From positions 1-24,743 of the forward strand of contig SCTD01000210.1 in the NCBI GenBank assembly GCA_004299215.1: a stretch of 24,743 nucleotides of DNA, read 5' to 3'. Origin of the DNA: Frankiales bacterium (GTDB lineage Bacteria; Actinomycetota; Actinomycetes; Mycobacteriales; SCTD01). The translations under genes and the position numbers were made by a program. Below, one piece after another: positions 1 through 7,778 of the stretch. The first letter of the stretch is position 1; each line of letters opens with the position of its first letter. The notes under the pieces were generated by a model, which was given only the letters and a program-made list of their open reading frames with translations, ran no database searches and was not told where the DNA came from.

Positions 1-538
1 AGCCTCGAGGGGGTCTTCCCATTCGGCCTCGTGTCTGGCCGGTGTGCTCCTCGCGAGGCAGCGCCGGCCGAGGCCCTCGTCCTTGGCGTCTACCCATCGG
101 CCCTGCATGTCCGGTGGACCCCGCCGCCGGGTCATGAGGGGGTTCGGGCCCTAGCCGTAGCGCCAGAACCCTGGCCCTTCTGGGACGGCAACGACCAGGC
201 GGAGCGGGTGGCGGCGTGGCGGGATCTCGTCGGCTGGGAGTCGGATTGGGGGAGTGCGGATCCAGCTGGACGTGTGAACGGCAGTTCCGGCCTGGCGGTG
301 CGCCAGCGGATCCTCGAACCCCTGAGGCTGACTTTCGACGACGTCTGGCTCACCGACGCACTGCCGTTCTTCCACGTTCACCGTGGCCGCGGAACTCAGG
401 GCGCTGCGATGTCGGAACGCTACGACCGCTTCGCGTCGGCCCGCGGCCTTCCGCTTCACGATCTACCAGATCGCCCCACGCCCACTGCCCTCGTGACCCG
501 CGCGATAGCGGAGGAAGCGCAACGTCTGCGCGACGAGC
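1..538 (+). pseudogene. Uracil-DNA glycosylase-like hypothetical protein; starts before the window, 3' end cut off by IS21
   Basis: Frame open from base 1 (SLEGVFPFG...VLGVYPSALHVRW...NGSSG...WLTDALP...LRDE). Motif order resembles UDG-superfamily hypothetical proteins. Protein-like sequence ends at the IS end (539); the ORF-track tail to 672 is read-through into the IS. Confidence 0.55.
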
Positions 539-594
539 TGATGCCGCTCAGCGAATTTCCCCAGGGTTGCTTATCGAACTTCCCCACCCTGGGC
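539..594 (+). repeat. IS21 terminal inverted repeat (istB-proximal)
   Basis: TGATGCCGCTCAGCGAATTTCCCCAGGGTTGCTTATCGAACTTCCCCACCCTGGGC aligns with the reverse complement of 2878-2934. Contains two GCT...GAA...TCCCCA sub-repeats (546-563, 569-586). Confidence 0.92.
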
Positions 595-612
595 GGTCGT
601 GAAGGTAGCGCG

Positions 613-1446
613 TCAGGGTCGTGGGTGTACCGCCTTGCGCAGCGTGTTGGCGCGGGCGTGGTGGCTGCGTAGTCGGTAGCTGTCGCCGTCGAGGTGCATG
701 ACGACGCTGCGGTCCAGGAGACGGTCGAGCATGGCGGCGGCGACCATCTCGTCGCCCAGGACGTTGCCCCAGCTGCTGATCCCGCGGTTGGTCGTTAGGA
801 CGATGCTGGTCTTGAGGTGGCGTTGGCTGACGACCTGGAACAGTGCCGCGGCGGCGTCGGCGGGCAGCGGGAGGTAGCCGAGCTCATCGATCACGAGCAG
901 CGTCGGGCCGGCGAAGAACCGCATGGTGGTGGCCCAGCGACCTTCGATCGCGGCGCGGTGGCAGCGCGCCGCGAGGTCAGCCGCGGTGGTGAAGTAGGTC
1001 CGGTAGCCGGCCTCCGCGGCCTTGCGGGCGAGCCCGACGGCGATGTGGGTCTTCCCGACGCCCGGTGGTCCGATGAGCAGCACGTTCGCTGCCTGCTCGA
1101 TGAAGCGCAGCGACGCCAGGTCGGTGATCAGGGCGCGGTCCAGGTTGGGGCTGGCGTCGTAGTCCAGGTCCTCCAGGGTCCAGGGCGCGGGCAGGCTCGC
1201 GAACCGCAGCCGCCCGGTGAGCCGGCGCTCCTCGGTGGCACGGACTTCAGCGTCCAGGAGCCGCTCGAGCAGTGCCGTCGGTGACAAGCCCTCGATGCGG
1301 GCGGCGTCCAGGACCTCGGGCAGGACCTCGGCGGCGGTGGGGAGCTTGAGGTAGGCCAGGTGCGCTCGCAGCCGCTGATAGGACGCGGCCTGGTCGGCCG
1401 TGCTCGGTGTCGGGTCGGTGACCGCTCGGGTCGTGTTGGCGGTCAT
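613..1446 (-). CDS. istB: IS21 helper AAA+ ATPase IstB
   Basis: 277 aa; Walker A GPPGVGKT, Walker B LLVIDELGY, LTTN and AMLDRL motifs; ATGA overlap with the istA stop. Confidence 0.96.
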   Translation of the reverse strand: MTANTTRAVTDPTPSTADQAASYQRLRAHLAYLKLPTAAEVLPEVLDAARIEGLSPTALLERLLDAEVRATEERRLTGRLRFASLPAPWTLEDLDYDASPNLDRALITDLASLRFIEQAANVLLIGPPGVGKTHIAVGLARKAAEAGYRTYFTTAADLAARCHRAAIEGRWATTMRFFAGPTLLVIDELGYLPLPADAAAALFQVVSQRHLKTSIVLTTNRGISSWGNVLGDEMVAAAMLDRLLDRSVVMHLDGDSYRLRSHHARANTLRKAVHPRP

Positions 1447-2786
1447 GGTGCGACCCGTCGGTTCTCGGCCGCGTCGGCGTAGCGGCGCAGGTCGACCACG
1501 ACCTCATGGTCCGGGGGCGGGTGGCTTCGGTTGCTGCTCAGGTGTTCTGCTTCGGCAAGGGCGGCGGGCGTCGGTGGCCGGCGGGCCTTGCGGTGACACG
1601 GCTTGCCGGTCGTGAACGCCGCCAGGACCGCAGTCTCCAGCGCGGTGACGTGGACGGTGTCGCGGACCATCACCCCGGCGCCGTCGGGTTCACGGCGGTG
1701 CCGCGCCAGGACCGTCCCGCTCGCGGTCGCGACGTCCAGGGTCAGCTCCCCGAGGCGGTGCGTGAGGGTGAGGGTCGTGCCCGCCAGTCCTGGTGGGACG
1801 GAGTAGTGGTTGCCGCGGAACGCGACCAGCGCCTGACTGCTCACGACCCTGGTGACGGCGAGGGTCGCGGGGAACGCCGGTGGCAGCGGCGCGAGCAGCA
1901 GTGCCTCCGCGGTGGCGAGCTCTCCGACGGTGGTCTTGATCCCGTCGCGCTTGCGGACCCGGCTGTCGCTCTTGCGGGCTCCGAACGCGTCCAGCGAGGC
2001 TTGGGCTTGAGCCATCGTGAAGTCGTCCGGGACGGTCCGCCACCAGCGCTGCGCGGCACTGTCGTTGGCCTTCTCCACGCTGCCTTTGCGGTTGCCGTGC
2101 CGCGGAGGACATAGCTTCACGTGGACGCCGTAGTGCTTCGCGACCGCGGCGAACGTCGCGGTGACCCGGCCGGTGTTGGGGCTCGCGACCGTGGCCATCC
2201 GGTCGAACCGCCACTGCTTCGTCAGGCCGCCGAGCCGACCGGCCACGACGTGCAGGCCCTCGACGAGGTGCGCGTGGTCCTCGGCGTCGGCGAGGTAGCC
2301 GCGCCACTTTCCCGAGGACGGCAGCGCCCCCACCAGCAGATGCGCACCGCCGGGCAGGCCCCAGTGCGCCGGTGGGTCGGGGAGCTCGAGCCAGTCCCAC
2401 TGCGTCTCCTCACCCGGCGGGTGCGCGATCACGGTGTGGTCGCGGCCCTTGCTGCTCGCGCAGGGTTCGCAGTGCGGACGAACCCGATGTGCGCGCAGGT
2501 CGCGGGTGAAGCTCGGATAGGAACGGTCGAACCCCAGCTCGGTGACCTCGTCGAACAAGGTCGTGGCCCACACGTGCGGGTCGTCCTTCAACCGCTGGGT
2601 GCAGTAGCCGGCGTACGCCTCGAACGGGTCCGGAACCGTGCTGAGGCGCTGCCCGGCGACGCGGTCGCCGTTTATGTAGGCGCGGATGGTCGTGCGGTCA
2701 TGACCGAGGTGCCGAGCGATCGCGCTGATCGTCCAGCCCTGTCGGTGGAGCGCGTGAGCGTCCACATCGTCCTCCTGTGTGAGCAT
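1443..2786 (-). CDS. istA: IS21 DDE transposase IstA
   Basis: 447 aa; N-terminal HTH (GWTISAIARHLGHDRTTIR), DDE-type motifs QWDW / RFDRM / KGSVE, C-terminal FRGNHYSVP. Confidence 0.95.
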   Translation of the reverse strand: MLTQEDDVDAHALHRQGWTISAIARHLGHDRTTIRAYINGDRVAGQRLSTVPDPFEAYAGYCTQRLKDDPHVWATTLFDEVTELGFDRSYPSFTRDLRAHRVRPHCEPCASSKGRDHTVIAHPPGEETQWDWLELPDPPAHWGLPGGAHLLVGALPSSGKWRGYLADAEDHAHLVEGLHVVAGRLGGLTKQWRFDRMATVASPNTGRVTATFAAVAKHYGVHVKLCPPRHGNRKGSVEKANDSAAQRWWRTVPDDFTMAQAQASLDAFGARKSDSRVRKRDGIKTTVGELATAEALLLAPLPPAFPATLAVTRVVSSQALVAFRGNHYSVPPGLAGTTLTLTHRLGELTLDVATASGTVLARHRREPDGAGVMVRDTVHVTALETAVLAAFTTGKPCHRKARRPPTPAALAEAEHLSSNRSHPPPDHEVVVDLRRYADAAENRRVAP

Positions 2787-2790
2787 CCGT

Positions 2791-2850
2791 GCGGGACTCC
2801 TTCGAGGAGTTGGTGGAGGTCAGAGACCGCCACCCTCGAAGGAGTCCCGC
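2791..2850 (-). promoter_or_regulatory. 17-bp perfect inverted repeat that would sequester the istA Shine-Dalgarno
   Basis: GCGGGACTCCTTCGAGG (2791-2807) and CCTCGAAGGAGTCCCGC (2834-2850). On the minus strand, GAAGGAG lies in the 3' arm just upstream of the istA ATG at 2786. Confidence 0.75.
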
Positions 2851-2877
2851 CCAGCGCGGCGACGCCACGCTGGAGGT

Positions 2878-2934
2878 GCCCGAGGTGGGGACTTTCAGTG
2901 AGCAGGTCTGGGGAGATTCAGATGAGCGCCATCA
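2878..2934 (-). repeat. IS21 terminal inverted repeat (istA-proximal)
   Basis: Reverse complement TGATGGCGCTCATCTGAATCTCCCCAGACCTGCTCACTGAAAGTCCCCACCTCGGGC matches 539-594 and has the same two sub-repeats. Confidence 0.92.
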
Positions 2935-3118
2935 GAGGTGCGGCTGTTGCGTCAGACGAGGAGCCGGCAAGAGAACGGCTGTCATCAGAGGTGCCATGAC
3001 TGGCCGCACGGCCATCAGAAGCCGCACCAGTTGCCAAGCCCGCGACTACCTCCCATCGGTGCTGGACGTCCCTCACCCGGTCTGCCGCGACCTCAGCAGA
3101 CTCTCAGGGGGTGGGAAA

Positions 3119-3482
3119 ATGCGGGTCTCTGTCGACAACCCACTGTTCGTGGCGGGGGTGCTGTGTCTCGCCTGTGCACCGTGGTCATGGACTGACGACG
3201 GGATCAGGTGGTCTTCCCGGTGTTGGTTGCCATCGGGCTCTGGCGGCTGAGTCGAGGCAAGGGCAGGCTGTGGCTGGCGATGACGGCCACCGTCTTCGGC
3301 CTGGTGCTCCTTCCGTGGACGTGGGCTGCCTTGACCGGAGGGGACAACCCGGCCAACGCCGAGAGAGACGTCAACTCCGTGCAGTGGCCGTCACCCTGTT
3401 CCTGGTGCCCTTGGTGACCTCAGCGCTGGGCTGGGTGGCGTGGCGAAGCCAGCGCGAGCAGGTGTCGCAGTCCGCGAGATAG
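3119..3482 (+). pseudogene. Probable small multi-pass membrane protein split by two frameshifts
   Basis: Hydrophobic segments follow one another in three frames: MRVSVDNPLFVAGVLCLACAPWSW, then VVFPVLVAIGLWRLSRGKGRLWLAMTATVFGLVLLPWTWAAL, then AVAVTLFLVPLVTSALGWVAWRSQREQVSQSAR*. Confidence 0.45.
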
Positions 3483-3517
3483 CTGCGCCGCGAGAACATG
3501 CCGATACCGTCGCCGCC

Positions 3518-3679
3518 GTGACCCGAGGCCGATGGTTGGTGGTGCTAGCCGTGCTGTTGCTTTCCCTCGCCGCGTACGGCATCTACGACTGGACCCGCCC
3601 GTGCACCGGAGGACCCGTCACGCAGTTCGTGAAGTCAGTCGCCGCCGGCGGGTCGTTCACGGTGCGGTGCGCCGGGTAG
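3518..3679 (+). CDS. Small single-TM hypothetical protein (53 aa from GTG 3518)
   Basis: MTRGRWLVVLAVLLLSLAAYGIYDWTRPCTGG...VRCAG: basic N-terminus, hydrophobic helix, two Cys in the tail. Start codon uncertain. Confidence 0.45.
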   Translation: MTRGRWLVVLAVLLLSLAAYGIYDWTRPCTGGPVTQFVKSVAAGGSFTVRCAG

Positions 3680-3728
3680 GTGCCACGTCCCGAGGGTGCT
3701 GGGCCAGTTCCAGGCCGCCGTTCGGCGG

Positions 3729-4148
3729 CTACCGAGCGCTGGCGTGTCCCGCCGCGGAGCACGAGCAGGCTGCGGATCCGCTCCACCCCGCGAGGACCTG
3801 TGGACGAGCCGCGACAGCCTGCCCGGTGCACATCTCGTGACGATTGCTCTCGCACCATGAGCACGCGCTGCGCCCTGCGCTCGGCGTCGGCGCTGCAGGA
3901 ACGCCCCGGGCGACGAAGCCCATGAAGGCAGACGCCGCTGCGAAGACCAGTCCGGTGACTGCGATCCCGACTCGGCCCTCGACCATGGCGACCCCTGCCG
4001 CGATCAGGCCGGCAACGGCGACGGCAAACCAGACGGGCGTCAGGGCAGGGTGCAGCCCGGACAGCGCGTTGAAGGCGAAGCCGCGGGTGGTGTCGGACCG
4101 ACCCAGGACCGCATCGTCGATGCGCCTCGCTCTGTCCAAGATGCCCAC
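3729..4148 (-). CDS. Hypothetical membrane protein with C-terminal Cys/His cluster
   Basis: 139 aa; two hydrophobic helices, then CSWCESNRHEMC...CSCSAAGH. Confidence 0.6.
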   Translation of the reverse strand: MGILDRARRIDDAVLGRSDTTRGFAFNALSGLHPALTPVWFAVAVAGLIAAGVAMVEGRVGIAVTGLVFAAASAFMGFVARGVPAAPTPSAGRSACSWCESNRHEMCTGQAVAARPQVLAGWSGSAACSCSAAGHASAR

Positions 4149-4175
4149 TCGCCGGACGGTACTCGTGCCCGGTGC

Positions 4176-4295
4176 TCACGTCTGCGTAGGTGCCTGGTTT
4201 CCCTTGACGTAGTAGTCCCACATCGCCCACACGACGAGCGCCGACACCACCACGCACAGCCCGACGGCAATGGCAGAGAGCACGAGCGCAAGCAC
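4176..4295 (-). CDS. Small single-TM hypothetical protein (~39 aa)
   Basis: C-terminal end of the 4176-4712 ORF is one clean hydrophobic helix (VLALVLSAIAVGLCVVVSALVVWAMWDYYVKGNQAPTQT). Start at GTG 4295 or TTG 4301. Confidence 0.4.
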   Translation of the reverse strand: MLALVLSAIAVGLCVVVSALVVWAMWDYYVKGNQAPTQT

Positions 4296-4584
4296 GCGCA
4301 AACGGTACGCCGCACTTTCTGGGCGTGGCGATGCGGCGCCACTCTGCTGGGGCCGGTTGTCACAGAGGTGGCGGTAGGGCCCGCCTGGAAGCAGCCGGCC
4401 GGCGGGTCGCGCCTGGTGGGCCGGCCGCGTGGTCGAGGTCGCCGTGGACACGGGGTCGTGGCTGGGACTTGTCTTCTCCGAGTGCCGGAGCCGACACCAC
4501 CTGGACCCACGACCTGCACGACCGACCGAACCGGGCGGCTGAGGCGATGCAGGGACACGACCCCCTCCCGTCGAACCTGACGAG

Positions 4585-6018
4585 ATGCGACTGTCCCGGG
4601 TCCTCGTCGTCAGCCTGAGCGCCCTCCTCATCGGCGGATCCGTCACACCGACCGGCGCGGCGCCGAAGAGCAGCGTGCCGAACCCCACCGTGACCGGCCC
4701 GGTCCCGAGCACCCAGGGCAGCCACGGCCGCCCGCAGACGGACTCCGCGTTCGACCTCCGGCCGTACGGCTTCGTGGAGGAGGAGTACTTCGTCTCCGGG
4801 ACCGCGAAGACCTACACCGCGCGCCCGACCACCGCCGACTACACGACCCGGATGCTCGTCCGCCGGCCGGCCGACCCGAAGGACTTCAACGGCACCGTCA
4901 TCGTCGAGTGGAACAACGTCACCGCGCAGCACGACCAGTCGCCGGACTACTTCTGGTCCTACCCGATGGTCCTGCGCGAGGGGTTCGCCTACGTCGTCGT
5001 CAGCGCGCAGGCCGCCGGCATCTGCTGCGCCCCGCCGCTCGCGCTGCAGGTCATCGACAGCGGGCGCTACGAGGACCTCAGCCATCCCGGTGACGACTAC
5101 AGCTTCGACATGTTCAGCCAGGTCGTGCAGTCGTTGCGCAGCCCGCAGGGCGTCGACCCGATGGGTGGCCTCAAGGTCAGGCGCGCCCTGGCATCGGGGC
5201 ACTCCCAGTCCGCGAGCCGGCTGCACAGCTACGTCACCACGGTGCAGGCCGACGCCGGCGTCATCGACGGCTTCTTCATCGACGGCGGTGGCGCGCAGTC
5301 CTTCCCGGCCGAGCCGCTGGTCCCCGTCGTGCACGTGCGCGAGCAGGGCTGGCAGCCCTCGCCTGTGACGCCGAACGTCGACCGGAACTACCGGCTCTGG
5401 GAGGTCGCCGGCGCGACGCACGCCGACTACTGGTTGCTCCGCCAGCAGTTCGACAACCCGGAGCGGCTCGTGCCGCAGCAACCGCAGTTCGGGCCCGGCT
5501 GGCGCGAGCAGGAGGAGGACATCAGCGGCAACTACGGGTACGACGTGGAGCCCCGGCAGACGACCTGCCCGGTCGGCGGCGGGATGTTCCCGAAGCGCTA
5601 CGCCGTGAGCGCCGGACTCAAGCGGCTCGACGAGTGGGTCCGCACCGGTACTCCGGCCCCTCGCGTCCCGCGGCTCGAGTTCGACGCCGATGGCCGGGTC
5701 TCCCTCGACGAGCACGGCAACGGCAAGGGGGGCCTGCGGCTGCCCCCGATCGACGTCCCCGTCGCGTCCTACGCCGCCGGCGCCTGCCAGCTCTTCGGCG
5801 TCACGATCCCGCTCCCGCCGACCACGCTGCGAGAGCTCTACCCGACCCACGACGTCTACGTCGCGAAGATGCAGGCCGCGACCGACAAGGCGGTCGCGGC
5901 GGGCATCCTGCTGCCCGCGGACGCCGCCGACCTGATGGCGCGCGCGGAGCGCTCCTCGATCCCGAGCCAGGGGATCCGCTCACCGCTGCCGACCCACCTG
6001 GTGCCCGAACCGGTGTAG
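4585..6018 (+). CDS. Secreted alpha/beta-hydrolase domain protein (Abhydrolase_10-like)
   Basis: 477 aa; signal peptide (..TPTGA-AP), EEEYFVSGTA, FNGTVIVEWNNVT, nucleophile-like GHSQSA, EVAGATHAD, RLPPIDVP; strong GC3 codon bias. Confidence 0.85.
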   Translation: MRLSRVLVVSLSALLIGGSVTPTGAAPKSSVPNPTVTGPVPSTQGSHGRPQTDSAFDLRPYGFVEEEYFVSGTAKTYTARPTTADYTTRMLVRRPADPKDFNGTVIVEWNNVTAQHDQSPDYFWSYPMVLREGFAYVVVSAQAAGICCAPPLALQVIDSGRYEDLSHPGDDYSFDMFSQVVQSLRSPQGVDPMGGLKVRRALASGHSQSASRLHSYVTTVQADAGVIDGFFIDGGGAQSFPAEPLVPVVHVREQGWQPSPVTPNVDRNYRLWEVAGATHADYWLLRQQFDNPERLVPQQPQFGPGWREQEEDISGNYGYDVEPRQTTCPVGGGMFPKRYAVSAGLKRLDEWVRTGTPAPRVPRLEFDADGRVSLDEHGNGKGGLRLPPIDVPVASYAAGACQLFGVTIPLPPTTLRELYPTHDVYVAKMQAATDKAVAAGILLPADAADLMARAERSSIPSQGIRSPLPTHLVPEPV

Positions 6019-6057
6019 CCCGGCAGGAGTCGCGGGCCGGGTGTCGAAGTCCCCCGC

Positions 6058-7362
6058 ATGCGCCGCCTCGCCCTCGCCGCCACCGCTGTCTGCCTGATGG
6101 CCGCCGCAGCTCCCTCGGGCGCTGCGCCCGCTGTCACCCCGCCCGAGCCCGGTCCGGGCTACGTGAAGACGTCCAACGTCACGCACGTCGCGACGCTCCC
6201 GCTCGACACCGACTCCATCGGCGGCCGGGTGCTGGGCAAGGACTTCTTCCTGCGCACCGGCAAGGGCATCACGATCTACGACACCTCGAACCCCGACCTG
6301 CCGGTGCCCAAGGGGTTCGTCGCGGTCCCGCAGACGCCGAACCAGGAGCGCGAGGACGTCGACACCAACGGCGAGATCCTCGTGACCGGCCAGGCCTACA
6401 CCGGTCTGCTGCACGTCGTCGACGTCCGCAACCGCACGACCCCCACGATCCTCGCCACGCTCACCGGCGCCGGCGACCACACCAACACCTGCGTGCTGCG
6501 CTGCACCTTCGTCTACGGCAGCGAGGGCACCGTCACCGATCTCCGCGATCCGGCAGCCCCGAAGCTCGCGCCCGTCAACTGGCTGCGTGAGCTGGACGTC
6601 CGCGGGTCCCACGACCTCACCGAGGTCAAGCCCGGCCTGCTCGTGGCGGCCTCGAACCCGGTGACCTACATCGACGCGCGCAACCCGCTGGCGCCCAGGC
6701 TGCTGGCCCGCGGGCCGCTGCCGGACGACCGCTACACCCACGGCATGTCCTGGCCGCGCGGCGGCCAGGACCGGTTCGTCCTCGGCGGCAGCGAGTCCGG
6801 CTACGGCTGCCTGACCCCCGAGGACGGCACCTTCTTCGTGCACGACACGAGGCGCACGAAGAAGGACGACGAGGGTGTGCCCAACTGGACCCGCACCGGC
6901 GACTACACGATCTCTGCCGGCCTGCCGACCGAGGGGAAGGCGCCGACCTCGGAGCTGTGCGGCCACTGGTTCGACCCGCACCCCTCCTTCAAGGACGGCG
7001 GGCTGGTGGCCATGGCCTGGTACGGCTTCGGCGTCCGCTTCCTCGAGGTGACCAGGAAGGGCGCCGTCGAGGAGCGGGGCTTCTGGCAGCCGCTCCCCGG
7101 GCAGTCGAGCGCCGTCTACTGGGTCAGCCCCGACACGGTGTGGGTCACCGACTACACCGCCCGCGGCATCGACGTGCTGCGCTTCGACGCCGGCAAGCCG
7201 GCGCAGCGCGACCAGCGCCACCCGGGCGTCTTCCGTCCGGCGCAGGCCGACGACGAGGTGCGAGCCCGGCTGGCCGGTCGCGGACCGGAGCACGCCGCGG
7301 CGCACCACACGGAGGACGGCTCGCTGAGCGAGCTCGCCAGTCGCTGGGTCTGCCGGCCCTAG
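6058..7362 (+). CDS. Secreted LVIVD-repeat-like beta-propeller protein
   Basis: 434 aa; signal peptide, repeated ITIYDTSNP / LHVVDVRNRTTP / VTDLRDPAAP / VTYIDARNPLAP units, REDVDTNG, C-terminal HWFD and WYGFGVRFL motifs. Confidence 0.75.
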   Translation: MRRLALAATAVCLMAAAAPSGAAPAVTPPEPGPGYVKTSNVTHVATLPLDTDSIGGRVLGKDFFLRTGKGITIYDTSNPDLPVPKGFVAVPQTPNQEREDVDTNGEILVTGQAYTGLLHVVDVRNRTTPTILATLTGAGDHTNTCVLRCTFVYGSEGTVTDLRDPAAPKLAPVNWLRELDVRGSHDLTEVKPGLLVAASNPVTYIDARNPLAPRLLARGPLPDDRYTHGMSWPRGGQDRFVLGGSESGYGCLTPEDGTFFVHDTRRTKKDDEGVPNWTRTGDYTISAGLPTEGKAPTSELCGHWFDPHPSFKDGGLVAMAWYGFGVRFLEVTRKGAVEERGFWQPLPGQSSAVYWVSPDTVWVTDYTARGIDVLRFDAGKPAQRDQRHPGVFRPAQADDEVRARLAGRGPEHAAAHHTEDGSLSELASRWVCRP

Positions 7363-7778
7363 CGACGCTCGAGGTTGTGGAAGAACGCCTTCTGCTGCAC
7401 GCGCGCCGCGAAGCGCCACCCGGCGGGGGTGCGCACAAGAGCGTCGTCGTACCAGAGCCCGACGAAGAACACGTGCTCGCCGTCGACGACCATCGGGTTG
7501 AAGCAGATGCTCCGCGACGTCGCCCGGTCGCCGTCGACGACGACCGTCGGCAGGCCCATCACGTGCTGCGTGCCCGCGAAGCCGGTCAGCACCTTGGCGT
7601 TGAACTCCTGGTGGTCCGCGACGCTGCCGCAGATGCCGCCGGTGGCGGAGAAGTCGAGCACCGCGTCAGCCGTGAACAGCGCGGGCATCTCCGCCCACGC
7701 GCCCCGGTCGACGACGGTGCTGTAGCGCGCCAGCAGGTCGAGGATCTCGACCCGGTCGGCGACCTCCTGCGGCGTCAC
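7359..7778 (-). CDS. NTF2-like / SnoaL_4 family protein (BaiE/scytalone-dehydratase-like fold)
   Basis: 139 aa from GTG 7778, which overlaps the upstream TGA (GTGA). DRVEILDLLARYSTVVDRGAW, TQHVMG, GLWYDDALVRTPAGWRFAAR. Confidence 0.88.
   Translation of the reverse strand: MTPQEVADRVEILDLLARYSTVVDRGAWAEMPALFTADAVLDFSATGGICGSVADHQEFNAKVLTGFAGTQHVMGLPTVVVDGDRATSRSICFNPMVVDGEHVFFVGLWYDDALVRTPAGWRFAARVQQKAFFHNLERR

Larger units (their letters stand above)
539..2934 (-). mobile_element. IS21-family insertion sequence, 2396 bp
   Basis: TG...CA termini, imperfect terminal IRs with internal tandem sub-repeats, and an istA-istB pair overlapping by ATGA. Confidence 0.95.

Noticed and set aside
539-672. 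C-terminal tail of the 213-aa ORF as a real domain
   Set aside because: It is read-through into the IS inverted repeat and the antisense end of istB.
2928-3023. Possible mini CRISPR array
   Set aside because: Repeats are only 7-12 bp with uneven spacing (53 and 30 bp), and there are no cas genes.
4429-4542. 37-aa plus-strand ORF (VVEVAVDTGSWLGLVFSECRSRHHLDP...)
   Set aside because: Looks protein-like, but has no clear RBS, is very short and matches no motif I recognise.
2935-4584. tRNA or att-core at the island boundary
   Set aside because: No cloverleaf or T-loop (GGTTCGA..CC) context found by eye on either strand; a tRNAscan/ARAGORN run would be decisive.
6019-6041. 6-bp stem CCCGGC/GCCGGG between the two secreted genes
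   Set aside because: Too short in 70+% GC DNA to call a terminator or regulatory structure.
4360-7419. 496-aa and 479-aa minus-strand ORFs
   Set aside because: Antisense shadows of the secreted hydrolase and propeller genes.
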